This document shows, one piece after another, positions 55,718 to 64,000 of a DNA stretch of 64,000 bases; positions within the stretch are counted from its first letter, which is position 1; every line of letters begins with the position of its first letter. The position numbers and the translations under genes were made by a program. The stretch covers positions 326,512-390,511 of the forward strand of contig OZ251448.1 in NCBI GenBank assembly GCA_965242515.1. Reading direction: 5' to 3'. The notes under the pieces are model-generated. The model searched no databases. It was not told the origin of the DNA and saw only the letters and a list, made by a program, of their open reading frames with translations. The DNA comes from Bdellovibrionales bacterium (lineage in GTDB: Bacteria > Bdellovibrionota > Bdellovibrionia > Bdellovibrionales > UBA1609).

Positions 55718-56382
55718 TAGTTGATCGCTCCTTTTTTATCTTTAACACTAAATGTTGTTTCTACAGAAAAAGTTTTCTTTTTAAAAGTGTTTTTTGCACT
55801 AGCTTGCTGCTCTTTAACCTCGTTTAAAGTGACTGTAGAAAATATCTGTCTTTTTTCCATTTGCTCTACAAAAATTTCAATTTCCTTAGCACTCACACTA
55901 GTGCCTTCAATCTTAAATTTCTTATTATCATATTGGATACGATTAAGCCATACTTTTTCTGGAATGGCGTTTTGTATTTGATCCAAACCTTTAATCGCTA
56001 AAGAACGATCAGTAACAATACGCTCAATAATATCCATCCTCCCACCTAATTGATCCGATTGCTCTGATGAGCTTTTAAAACCTTTTATATCTTTTTCTAA
56101 CGCTTGTTTTTGCGTTTTTAAATTAGCTAATATCCCCTCTGCAGTAGTTTGTTGTTTGTTGAGGGTTTTTAAATTATGCTTTTCGTAAATCTTAAGCCCA
56201 ATAACGCCACATGTAATTAACACTGCCCGCACTCCTAACCGCACCCACTGTGCTGCTGTAAGGTCTAAACCTAACTTATCTACCCAGGGCTTGCCAACTT
56301 CATCAAACTCTAACTCACCAGGGTCTACTGTGTCGGCTACCACAGTTTGAGCTTTGGTTTTTCGTAAATCTAACCCCTTCAT
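55717..56382 (-). CDS. pilN: type IV pilus assembly protein PilN-like
   Basis: Single TM (AVLITCGVIGLKI) plus coiled coil. The start chosen at MKGLD overlaps the pilM stop. Called from position in the operon. Confidence 0.55.
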   Translation of the reverse strand: MKGLDLRKTKAQTVVADTVDPGELEFDEVGKPWVDKLGLDLTAAQWVRLGVRAVLITCGVIGLKIYEKHNLKTLNKQQTTAEGILANLKTQKQALEKDIKGFKSSSEQSDQLGGRMDIIERIVTDRSLAIKGLDQIQNAIPEKVWLNRIQYDNKKFKIEGTSVSAKEIEIFVEQMEKRQIFSTVTLNEVKEQQASAKNTFKKKTFSVETTFSVKDKKGAIN

Positions 56383-57440
56383 TGTATCCCCCTTAAACAT
56401 AAACCTACCGATATGGCAGAAAAATTCTTAATATGAACTTTTACATCCTCCATAACAGTATTGCACTTTATAAATTGCAAAGGGTCTAAAATATTAACCG
56501 GCACTTTAAACCTTTCTTCTAAATCTTTGGTAAGGTCCGGAGCTTGGCACCCTCCTCCTGTAATATAACACTCTGATAGCTTCATACCTGGGAACTGGTT
56601 TTTAAAATACTCATTGCCTACAATCATCTCGTCACACAAAACAGTGTTGTTAGACCGCATAATGGAAAGCACCTCCTCCGGTACCTCCTCACCAGAACAC
56701 ACACCTTGCTTTAAAGACTCTGCAGACTGATAATCTAAATTCATATCCTTCATTAAATAATCATTATAACTAGAACTCCCCATAACAACAAAATGACAAA
56801 AAATTAAATGCCCCCCATGTAATACAATAAAATGAGTGCCGATTTTACCAATATCTAAAACGAGTACATTTTTCCCCTTTTCTTTAATGTGAGGGTGAGC
56901 CATAGATATACAATCCGCTATCGCAAAGCCTCCCATATCTACCCTATCACACTCGTAACCTGCAGAACTCACTAAACGATTGTAATTGTTCACAACTTTC
57001 TTTTTAGCAGCTATGAGTAAAATGTTTTGCCTTTCTTTTTGCTCCGTAGGTAAAAAATCCATCGGCTCATAAGTGTAATTAATGTCCTCCATGTTAAAAG
57101 GTAAAATGTGACGAGCTTCCGACTCTACAAGCTCATCTTGCATTTGCTTGTCTACTGTGGCGATTTCTATTTTTTTCACAATCACCGCCCGCCCTGTAAT
57201 GGCTAAACATAAACGAAAAGCATCACTGGTGTTTTTTTTGATAAATTGAGAAAAAGACTCTTGCAAAGCATCTGATTCCACAATGCCCTCAATGGTCATG
57301 TGATCCTCTGGTATGGCAAAATGAGCAAAATTCTCTAAAACAGGCTTTTTCTTTTGAATAGAAAAATCCGCAAGCTTAATCGTATTGCTACCTATGTCTA
57401 ATGTAACAATGTTCTTTTTTTTAAAGCTAAAAAATGGCAT
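56379..57440 (-). CDS. pilM: type IV pilus assembly ATPase-fold protein PilM
   Basis: Actin-like fold pattern: VTLDIGSNTIKLA, VLDIGKIGT and ITGGG. 353 aa. Confidence 0.8.
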   Translation of the reverse strand: MPFFSFKKKNIVTLDIGSNTIKLADFSIQKKKPVLENFAHFAIPEDHMTIEGIVESDALQESFSQFIKKNTSDAFRLCLAITGRAVIVKKIEIATVDKQMQDELVESEARHILPFNMEDINYTYEPMDFLPTEQKERQNILLIAAKKKVVNNYNRLVSSAGYECDRVDMGGFAIADCISMAHPHIKEKGKNVLVLDIGKIGTHFIVLHGGHLIFCHFVVMGSSSYNDYLMKDMNLDYQSAESLKQGVCSGEEVPEEVLSIMRSNNTVLCDEMIVGNEYFKNQFPGMKLSECYITGGGCQAPDLTKDLEERFKVPVNILDPLQFIKCNTVMEDVKVHIKNFSAISVGLCLRGIQ

Positions 57441-57663
57441 GCCTTAAATAATTCTCCCTTTCTGTGTTATCCCCTTCTGTTTTGTTTTCTTCTGTTTTCT
57501 TTTATTTTCTTCTGTCTCTTTTTAGCCCCTTCTGTTCTCTTTTATTTACTTCTGTCTCTTTAGCCCCTTCTGTTTTCTTCTTCCCCCTTTACGCACTGCT
57601 TTAAGTTCTTTATATAGCTATTAAGTGTTATTAAAGGGGATGTTGGGTGAAAAGTCAAAATAA

Positions 57664-58551
57664 TTATAAAAATACTGGGTGGATAAAAGCTGATAAGTAC
57701 CATGTAGATAGTTGAGAGCCGAAAAATATATATATTAATGCCGATAAAGATAAGTAAGGGCCAAAGGGGATGCTCACATTAAACCAACTGTTATCTTCTG
57801 TGTTATCTTCTGGAAGGGGTTGCCCCTTCAGATGCTCTGTGTCTTCTTCCATTTGATTATTGGTAGCTTTTTCTATATGTTTTCGCACTTTCAAAAGTAA
57901 AGTTAAAGATACACACATCCCAAAAAAACAAGATAGTAAAATCACAATAGGAATAGCTTGCCATGTAAGCATAGCCCCAATCCAAGCTAATAGTTTAATA
58001 TCCCCACCACCTATACCATCTTTGCCACGCACACTATAATAACATACGGCAATGAGCCACAAAAAACCCCCGCCCATAAGCATCCCAAAAAAAGAAGACC
58101 AAAAAACTCTAGTGCTTTCTGGATTGATAACTGCCCCCGCTAAAGCTAAAACAATACCCGATAATGTTAAAAAATCTGGCAAAATCATACGCTCTAAATC
58201 AATCGTACTTGCCACCACTAAACCGAAAATAAAAACACTATATTCCAATAACACATAGTGCCAACCTATCTTGTAAAACAAAGCCACAAATAAAAAAGCC
58301 ATAATCAACTCTATAAGCAAAGGACGTACGGGTAGATGAGCATGTTTTAACTTTTTTAAAAAATAAAATACCGGTAAGTAACCCCAAGCTTTTTGACACT
58401 TTATAAAAAAAGACACAAAATTTACTTTAATCTGCCCACTATCGTCTTGCACAGCATACACCAACACAGACCCTACACGACCTGCCACTAACCCCAACAC
58501 TAAAAATAACAAAGCACCATATATAGAATGTTGCGTAAAAAAATCAAGCAA
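57664..58551 (-). CDS. pilD: prepilin peptidase (A24 family)
   Basis: Catalytic Asp contexts STIDLERMILPD and GIGGGDIKLLAWIG, ending IPFGPYL. The N-terminal four-Cys region is absent, and there is an acidic insert before IPFGPY. Confidence 0.8.
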   Translation of the reverse strand: MLDFFTQHSIYGALLFLVLGLVAGRVGSVLVYAVQDDSGQIKVNFVSFFIKCQKAWGYLPVFYFLKKLKHAHLPVRPLLIELIMAFLFVALFYKIGWHYVLLEYSVFIFGLVVASTIDLERMILPDFLTLSGIVLALAGAVINPESTRVFWSSFFGMLMGGGFLWLIAVCYYSVRGKDGIGGGDIKLLAWIGAMLTWQAIPIVILLSCFFGMCVSLTLLLKVRKHIEKATNNQMEEDTEHLKGQPLPEDNTEDNSWFNVSIPFGPYLSLSALIYIFFGSQLSTWYLSAFIHPVFL

Positions 58552-59305
58552 TATCTGTTCTCCTAAACACTATATACACACAACATAACACAAACACCAT
58601 ATAGGCAAAAGAATAAACACTTGCCGTTAACACATCTGTAACCGATACAAAATCTTGATACAAAGCCTGACTTCTCCAGTTAAGTTTTTCAAAATTAGGT
58701 AATAAATAAGTTATCATCAAAGTCACCGTTTTTAAAAAACCTTTTTCCATATACTCTATAAAAAATACCATACTACTTACACTATGACCTATCATAAAAA
58801 TCAAAAACGAATACACCATTGTTAAAAAGGGCGAGGTTACTCCACTTAAATAAAAAGCTATGGCTACTAATACCAAACATTCTAACCATATACCATAAAA
58901 AGCTATAAATAATGTAAAACCCACTATTTGGTAACTATAAAACCAATGCACAGCCATTGCCACTGCCACTAAACAAACTAAAATATAACCTAATACCATG
59001 CTAAGGCTTAAAAATTTGCCCGCAATATAAGTGCTATATGAAAGTGGTTTGGTAAATAAAACAAGGGCTGTTTTTTGCCTGATTTCTGAAGATAATAATA
59101 AACTGCCAAAATATATACTCGTAAGCACCATAGCTAAATGACAAGCACTTAAAGAAAAATTAATGCTAAGCCTTACCTGCTCGTTCACACTTAAAGGACC
59201 TAACACAAACCCTGCAAAAAGTATCATAACCACACTGGCTATTAAAATGTAAAAAACCCTCTGATGAAATAACTCCTTGTGCGTATGACAAATAATCCAC
59301 CACAT
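58544..59305 (-). CDS. ABC-2 type transporter permease
   Basis: Six predicted TM segments. Overlaps and follows the ATPase gene. Confidence 0.65.
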   Translation of the reverse strand: MWWIICHTHKELFHQRVFYILIASVVMILFAGFVLGPLSVNEQVRLSINFSLSACHLAMVLTSIYFGSLLLSSEIRQKTALVLFTKPLSYSTYIAGKFLSLSMVLGYILVCLVAVAMAVHWFYSYQIVGFTLFIAFYGIWLECLVLVAIAFYLSGVTSPFLTMVYSFLIFMIGHSVSSMVFFIEYMEKGFLKTVTLMITYLLPNFEKLNWRSQALYQDFVSVTDVLTASVYSFAYMVFVLCCVYIVFRRTDIA

Positions 59306-59310
59306 CTGTG

Positions 59311-60060
59311 CTACCCTACATCTTTCTTCTGCTTCAAAGCTAAAGAGCCATCAGCTGATAGTTTTTTTAGCACAATACGATGATGATATTTTAACTCACA
59401 CTCTTCTAAATTATGACAGCTAAAAAGTACACTCGCATGATGCTCTGTTACCCTCTCTTCTAAAAGCTCGGCTACACGCAAATGACTTTTCTTATCTAAA
59501 CCAGAAAAAGGCTCATCTAATAATAACAATAAAGGCTCGTGAAGAAGTGCTTGAGCAATACCTAACCTTTGCACCATACCCCTAGAATAGCTTCCGATTA
59601 ATTGATCCCGCATTTTATATAAATCTAACTTCTTTAATAAACTACGAGCCTTAGACTGAAGCTCCGCTAAAGGAGACATGCCATGCAAACGACCATAAAA
59701 TAACAATAACTCCTCCCCCGTTAAATACTCGTAAAAATAAGGATTTTCCGGTAAAAAACCAACCATTTTTAAAACAACAGGCGATAAATTTTGATTAAAA
59801 AATAATACCCTCCCACTATCAAAACGCATGAAATTTAATAAACACTTGAAAGTCGTACTTTTGCCCACACCATTCTCACCACATAAGGCTACAACCCTGC
59901 CTGCCCCTATTGAAAAACTTAAACCATCTAACACCACCCTCCTACTACCACCTGAAAGCTTGCCACCCCTACAATAAGACCATAACGAACGAGCCAGAAC
60001 AAAACTCTTCGTCAACCCCTCCACACACAAAGTGTGTTTATTTTGATGCACTACTTGCAT
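59311..60060 (-). CDS. ABC transporter ATP-binding protein
   Basis: Walker A GENGVGKST, signature YSRGMVQRL and Walker B LLLLDEPFSGLD. The first ~9 codons lie in a family D repeat. Confidence 0.9.
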   Translation of the reverse strand: MQVVHQNKHTLCVEGLTKSFVLARSLWSYCRGGKLSGGSRRVVLDGLSFSIGAGRVVALCGENGVGKSTTFKCLLNFMRFDSGRVLFFNQNLSPVVLKMVGFLPENPYFYEYLTGEELLLFYGRLHGMSPLAELQSKARSLLKKLDLYKMRDQLIGSYSRGMVQRLGIAQALLHEPLLLLLDEPFSGLDKKSHLRVAELLEERVTEHHASVLFSCHNLEECELKYHHRIVLKKLSADGSLALKQKKDVG

Positions 60061-60086
60061 ACTCTACCTCCATCCAATCCATATAC
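60032..60086 (+). repeat. family D repeat overlapping the ABC ATPase start
   Basis: gtgtgtttattttgatgcactacttgcatactctacctccatccaatccatatac. Compare 62165..62225. Confidence 0.75.
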
Positions 60087-60094
60087 TACTTCTA

Positions 60095-60207
60095 GGTGAG
60101 AAAACCATACTCAAAAGCTTAGGACTCCGCGTTTTTCTACAAAGCGTTAAGCTTTCAGCTTACCGCATTGTATCAAATCCGAACTCGTTTTGAGCATGGT
60201 TTTCTCA
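60095..60207 (-). repeat. family A element (reverse orientation)
   Basis: ggtgagaaaaccatactcaaaagcttaggactccgcg...gcgttaagctttcagcttaccgcattgtatcaaatccgaactcgttttgagcatggttttctcac. Confidence 0.9.
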
Positions 60208-60244
60208 CTTACAAAAGGTGGTGTTTTAATGCCACTTTTTTTGT

Positions 60245-60392
60245 CAAAAGGTACTTTCTGGATTCCTGCCTCCGCAGGAATGACGGCAGAGGCAGAAATA
60301 GCTACAGAGGTAGAAATAGCGGCAGAGGCAGAAATAGCTACAGAGGTAGAAATAGCGACAGAGGCAGAAATAGCGACAGAGGCAGAAATGAC
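60245..60392 (+). repeat. family F hairpin followed by a 6 x 18-bp tandem array
   Basis: ctggattcctgcctccgcaggaatgac, then (g/t)(g/a)cagagg(c/t)agaaat(a/g)(g/a)c x6 (60285..60392). Confidence 0.9.
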
Positions 60393-60430
60393 AGCTGATA
60401 CAATAAATGATAATTTAAAAATGGAAACGA

Positions 60431-60691
60431 CTACCGTCTTCTTCCTCTACCTGACTTCTTTCTCCTAACCGAACGCACTTTCCTCTTCTTACCACTACTA
60501 GCTGTGTGCCTGTTCGATGGGCTTATGGGAATACCCTCACGAGAAGCCTTCTTATAAACAGATAATAAAGTTCTACCTAACTTAACGCTAATAGAAGAAG
60601 TAGGATAACCCTGCTTAGCTAACTGCTTAAGTTGTTTAATATCCTTCGATGTCCAACTTTTGCCATCGTTTTTTCTAGATTTTTTTGACAT
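60431..60691 (-). CDS. small basic HTH protein (C-terminal Lys/Arg tail)
   Basis: Core SWTSKDIKQLKQLAKQGYPTSSISVKLGRTLLSVYKKASREGI, then tail GKKRKVRSVRRKKSGRGRRR. Paralog of 60821..61174. Confidence 0.65.
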   Translation of the reverse strand: MSKKSRKNDGKSWTSKDIKQLKQLAKQGYPTSSISVKLGRTLLSVYKKASREGIPISPSNRHTASSGKKRKVRSVRRKKSGRGRRR

Positions 60692-60820
60692 AATATGTTA
60701 CCTCCTTCAAAAAATGTTAAAGTACTGTTGTTTTTATTCTTATCTATAACATAATCACTTACTTATTGATTAGTCAAGTAAGAAACAAAGTTTTAAAATA
60801 CTCACCTTTTCAAAAAAAAA

Positions 60821-61174
60821 TCAACCCCTATAAGGTCTGCCACTCTTTAGCCGTAAAGAAATATTCTCTCTAGAAGCTTTAATGTAAATAGATGGCAACG
60901 ACCGACCTAATTTGACACTAATCTCCCGAACAGAAATCCTTTGTTTTGCGAGCTTTTTTAACTGCCTAAGATCAGCATTGGTCCAGTGTTTTTCACTCTT
61001 TCTGCCACTTTTTTTGGTTTTTTTGACCTTTTTTGATCTACGACGCCCCACAACCCTTTTCTTAGACTTTCTGACCTTACTAGATCTTCTTTTTTTACCT
61101 GCTTTTTTTCTGACTTTACTTACCTTCTTAAGCTTTTTTCTGCCTTGTTTTTTAGATTTTTTTCTTTTTGCCAT
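60821..61174 (-). CDS. small basic HTH protein (N-terminal Lys/Arg tail)
   Basis: About 60 aa of K/R-rich sequence (MAKRKKSKKQGRKKLKK...), then core HWTNADLRQLKKLAKQRISVREISVKLGRSLPSIYIKASRENI. Confidence 0.65.
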   Translation of the reverse strand: MAKRKKSKKQGRKKLKKVSKVRKKAGKKRRSSKVRKSKKRVVGRRRSKKVKKTKKSGRKSEKHWTNADLRQLKKLAKQRISVREISVKLGRSLPSIYIKASRENISLRLKSGRPYRG

Positions 61175-61364
61175 AATAAACTACCTCCTCTTATGAAGAT
61201 ATAACTGAATAAAAACCCAGTTATAGTAAATTTTTACAATACTACAAGCTCAAGTTTTATACCAATTTTTAAAATATATCAAATATTTTTTATAAAAATT
61301 ATGACTATATGTGTCAATCTAGACTTTAGCTCTTTGCAACAATGTGTCATAATTGCATATAACA

Positions 61365-61883
61365 ATGCGTGCCATAACAATAAAATACTTTTTATTAGCC
61401 TTTTTATTCGTTTCAACTAGTCGTTGTAATTCTGTCACACAACAAACAACAAAGTGGAGTAACTTTCCCTTAGCCTCCGCCTCCGACCCACCACCAGGGC
61501 GTGCAGCCGAACCGGGTAAAGATTCTGGTATTTACCTCGGACGCTATAAAACTTGTAAAGAATATGGCAAGTTTTTTGAAGCTCAATTTGGCTTTTTTAC
61601 AAGATACTTGGTTTTTCCCGTTGTAAAAAGCTTTGTAGGATTTTCCTCTTTTGCTTTGGTCAAATGTCATATAGCCCATACCTGCCATTGTAAAAATAAT
61701 GTGTACTTTATAGAAGACGACCTCAAACAACCCCTCTTTAGATGCGTAGAAACACCCCAAGCTAATGTAGAATCAAAAGAAATTTACGAAGCTAACGACA
61801 CCTTCCCCGAAAACGGAGTGATTAAATTTGCCCTACCACAATCATTCTGCCAAAACCAAGAAAAAACAGACCAAAATCCTTAA
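61365..61883 (+). CDS. hypothetical secreted Cys-containing protein
   Basis: The track ORF starts at a TTG (61353). The ATG at 61365 gives MRAITIKYFLLAFLFVSTSRC (signal). No family recognised. Confidence 0.5.
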   Translation: MRAITIKYFLLAFLFVSTSRCNSVTQQTTKWSNFPLASASDPPPGRAAEPGKDSGIYLGRYKTCKEYGKFFEAQFGFFTRYLVFPVVKSFVGFSSFALVKCHIAHTCHCKNNVYFIEDDLKQPLFRCVETPQANVESKEIYEANDTFPENGVIKFALPQSFCQNQEKTDQNP

Positions 61884-61894
61884 ATAACACAAAA

Positions 61895-61971
61895 TGGTCG
61901 GACCGACTGGATTTGAACCAGCGACCTCCACCACCCCAAGGTGGTACGCTACCAAACTGCGCCACGGTCCG
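61895..61971 (-). tRNA. tRNA-Pro (GGG)
   Basis: The reverse complement CGGACCGTGGCGCAGTTTGGTAGCGTACCACCTTGGGGTGGTGGAGGTCGCTGGTTCAAATCCAGTCGGTCCGACCA gives a cloverleaf with anticodon loop TT-GGG-GT. CCA is encoded. Confidence 0.9.
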
Positions 61972-61974
61972 CAC

Positions 61975-62230
61975 GATTTGCGGGTTGCTTTTGATGCGAC
62001 TGCTTGCCCCCAACACCTAATACCAATCCATATACTATGTAATTATTGTCCGTCAACTACAGCCCCACCCAAAGGGTGTTGCTTTTGATGCACCCCTTGC
62101 ATACTCTACCTTATATCAGTCAATGTTACTACATATTATAACTGCACCACACAGCCCGCCTGCATAGAGCGTGTTTATTTTTGATGCACCCCTTGCATAC
62201 TCTACCTTATATTAGTCAATGTTGTATGTG
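61975..62230 (+). repeat. three tandemly arranged family D repeat copies downstream of tRNA-Pro
   Basis: ttgcttttgatgcgactgcttgccccc...aatccatatac; cccaaagggtgttgcttttgatgcaccccttgcatactctaccttatatcagtcaatg; gtgtttatttttgatgcaccccttgcatactctaccttatattagtcaatg. Confidence 0.8.
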
Positions 62231-62309
62231 GTGCAAAAATCCAAAAAAGCACCTTTGAACGGCAATACTCCGTTTTGAAAGATAAATCCCACACAGAAAT
62301 TTATCTAGT

Positions 62310-63050
62310 TTATTTTACAGAGCCTGTAGGTTTATCTAATTCTCTTTCATAGTGGCTTTGTTCCTTATTTAAACCAACTTTAAGATCATAAAGTTCAAAA
62401 TCAGCTTGTCTATATTCATGCAAACTTTTTAAGAATTTTTTTTCAATTTTTTGACATTTTGTTTCCGTATCTTTTAGTTCTTTAAAAGCCTTATAAACAT
62501 TAGGGTCTGGTGTTTTTGCACCACAAACTCCATTATGAGAATCATATAGTTTTTTCCATAAATCACCCTTCCTTTCTCTTTGTGCTTGTGTTAAATTCTC
62601 CCATTGTTCCCTAAAATATTCTAATTTATTATCTTCCTTTTTAACCTGCAAATGATCAGAGTAAAATTCCCCTCTAGCTTTCCTGTATTTCCTGCCAATA
62701 GTAGTGCTCCTTTCTAATCTTCTAATTTCATTATCAATTTCCCTATAAGCTTTATAAACTGATGCTATAGAAGGATTTTTTGATTGACGACATGCTGAAA
62801 ACCATACATTAAATAGCCTTTCCTGCTTTGTTGGGTTTATATGTAGTTTAAATAATGATTTGTTATTATCTGACATAACATTAACATGAGAAACAACTTT
62901 ACAAATAACTCGATATTTGCTTTTTATTTTTTTCATTTTAGAAAAAGCATTTTCTTGCCTCTTTTTTAATGACCTAAAACTATGACCTTCATGCCCAAAA
63001 CTTAGGCTTGGTAAAGCTAAAATTGCTAAAAATAAAATAATGTGTTTCAT
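62310..63050 (-). CDS. hypothetical secreted protein
   Basis: The ATG at 63050 gives MKHIILFLAILALPSLSFG. Lys/Glu-rich helical body. No family recognised. Confidence 0.5.
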   Translation of the reverse strand: MKHIILFLAILALPSLSFGHEGHSFRSLKKRQENAFSKMKKIKSKYRVICKVVSHVNVMSDNNKSLFKLHINPTKQERLFNVWFSACRQSKNPSIASVYKAYREIDNEIRRLERSTTIGRKYRKARGEFYSDHLQVKKEDNKLEYFREQWENLTQAQRERKGDLWKKLYDSHNGVCGAKTPDPNVYKAFKELKDTETKCQKIEKKFLKSLHEYRQADFELYDLKVGLNKEQSHYERELDKPTGSVK

Positions 63051-63240
63051 AATACACTCCTCCATTTAATTTTAATATTAAAATTATTTATTTTAAATTC
63101 TATAATTGCAAGCTTTATTTTTTAAAAATAAGCAAAAACTAGACTTTCATATAGAGTTTTAAGTTTATTACCCATTTAAAATGCTTTAAAAATAACCCGC
63201 TTAAGTTGCCTTGAACCAAGATTAGTATATAAATTTTGTT

Positions 63241-64000
63241 TCATGAAGATTTATTTTCTCTCAAAATACTATTTAAAGTGTTTTGCCACTTATCTTCAAG
63301 AATTAAATCAAAGGTCATTTTTTGATCTTGAATTTCAACAGTACCAGCATTTATGGATTTTTTAGAATATTTAGTAAATAAATCAAATAATTTCTTTTTA
63401 TAACTTGTATCGGGGTTTCCTAATAAGTGCTGTCCTTTTGTTTCTAAAATAGAAAAACAAGCATGCCCCTTTTTAGAAGATTTTACACAAACTAAAAAGT
63501 CAGGATAAATTTTTTGCTTTTGCCAACCTTGTAAATGCCAATCATGCCTCTCTATAATCCTATGCCACCATTTTATAACAGAATTTTTATCGTCTAAATA
63601 CCATGCTATGTTTTTTTCTAAATTGTTAAACTTAAGCTCTTCCTCATAAACATCTTCAAATAAAGAAAGCTGTAAATTTTTGTTATTTCTTTTTCTTAAA
63701 ATTTTGCTATCTTCAGATACAGATAGGTTTAAAGTTTCAGCCATTTCCCAGTTGAGGTCCGGATCACCAGCACTTATTAATTTAAATAATATTTCATTGT
63801 TTTTTAACTTTTTTCTAAAAATATCTTCTGTTTTTTGACTGATTTGTTCTTGAAAATCACGCCTTATGTGATCTAAAATAAAAAACTTATTTGCATAAAC
63901 TTTTTCTTTTCCATATTTTTTTCTCAAAGAAGATAAAATTTTATCTAAAATAACATAAGCCTGCCAAGAATTAGGAATAATGTCAGAAATTCTTTGACAC
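63241..64000 (-). CDS. C-terminal part of a restriction-type helicase/nuclease (partial; 5' end beyond window)
   Basis: The frame stays open upstream of the track start, up to the window edge (...CQRISDIIPNSWQAYVILDKILSSLRKKYG...). The C-terminal block WWHRI..R...L.G....IYPDFLV......F.ILETKG is a PD-(D/E)xK-like module of the kind found at the end of type III Res-like/DEAD-box enzymes. Confidence 0.5.
   Translation of the reverse strand, partial: CQRISDIIPNSWQAYVILDKILSSLRKKYGKEKVYANKFFILDHIRRDFQEQISQKTEDIFRKKLKNNEILFKLISAGDPDLNWEMAETLNLSVSEDSKILRKRNNKNLQLSLFEDVYEEELKFNNLEKNIAWYLDDKNSVIKWWHRIIERHDWHLQGWQKQKIYPDFLVCVKSSKKGHACFSILETKGQHLLGNPDTSYKKKLFDLFTKYSKKSINAGTVEIQDQKMTFDLILEDKWQNTLNSILRENKSS

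Noticed and set aside
57441-57663. Pyrimidine-rich repeats (ccccttctgtt..., ~38-bp units) between pilD and pilM.
   Set aside because: It is a degenerate low-complexity repeat with 2-3 units and no palindromes or spacers. Probably a 5'-UTR or promoter spacer, with no specific function supportable.
60168-60468. ORFs 60168..60398 and 60190..60468 (RGRNS.. / AEAEIATEVEIA.. low-complexity peptides).
   Set aside because: They are translations of the family A end, the family F hairpin and the 18-bp tandem array. There is no start context and the composition is periodic.
61822-62088. ORFs 61822..62016 (-) and 61894..62088 (+).
   Set aside because: They overlap tRNA-Pro and family D repeats and carry no coding signal.

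Overview
Visibly AT-rich bacterial chromosomal window with a Gram-negative-type envelope (type IV pilus genes pilM/N/O/P-like and pilD, many lipobox lipoproteins, one beta-barrel OMP). Most genes lie on the minus strand. Confident housekeeping calls: speE, a eukaryote-type (class 2) S-adenosylmethionine decarboxylase, ETF-ubiquinone oxidoreductase, trmD, an alanine/cation symporter, carB, nnr, glmM, ftsH, tilS, an EpmA-like class II aaRS paralog, murF-mraY-murD, valS and an ABC-2 transporter pair. There are three tRNAs: Met/Ile2-CAU, Leu-CAA and Pro-GGG. Accessory content: an HNH nuclease, a C5-methyltransferase remnant, a Fic protein behind a 5 x 40-bp repeat array, an Rpn/YhgA-like nuclease, an apparently orphan SPPY DNA methyltransferase, a frameshifted secreted ankyrin-repeat gene, a pentapeptide-repeat lipoprotein, a PD-(D/E)XK protein, two lysine/arginine-rich HTH proteins, an S8 subtilase split over two ORFs, and a helicase/nuclease C-terminus cut by the window end. 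No rRNA, CRISPR array, intact IS or prophage was seen. The most unusual property is that the intergenic DNA is saturated with at least six families of short dispersed repeats, named A-G here. Family A is a ~115-bp palindromic MITE-like element with about 10 full copies plus fragments, and its hairpin shows paired substitutions between copies. These repeats also enter genes. Family A sits in frame inside nnr. Two family D copies (156 bp, 52 codons) sit in frame inside glmM. Repeats supply the start codon of glmM and of the ABC ATPase, and the stop region of a HEAT-repeat gene. A leader-like element (E) precedes trmD, carB and glmM, all of which are detached from their usual operon partners. Repeat coordinates are hand-derived and approximate to a few bases. 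All family assignments are from motif recognition, not database searches.
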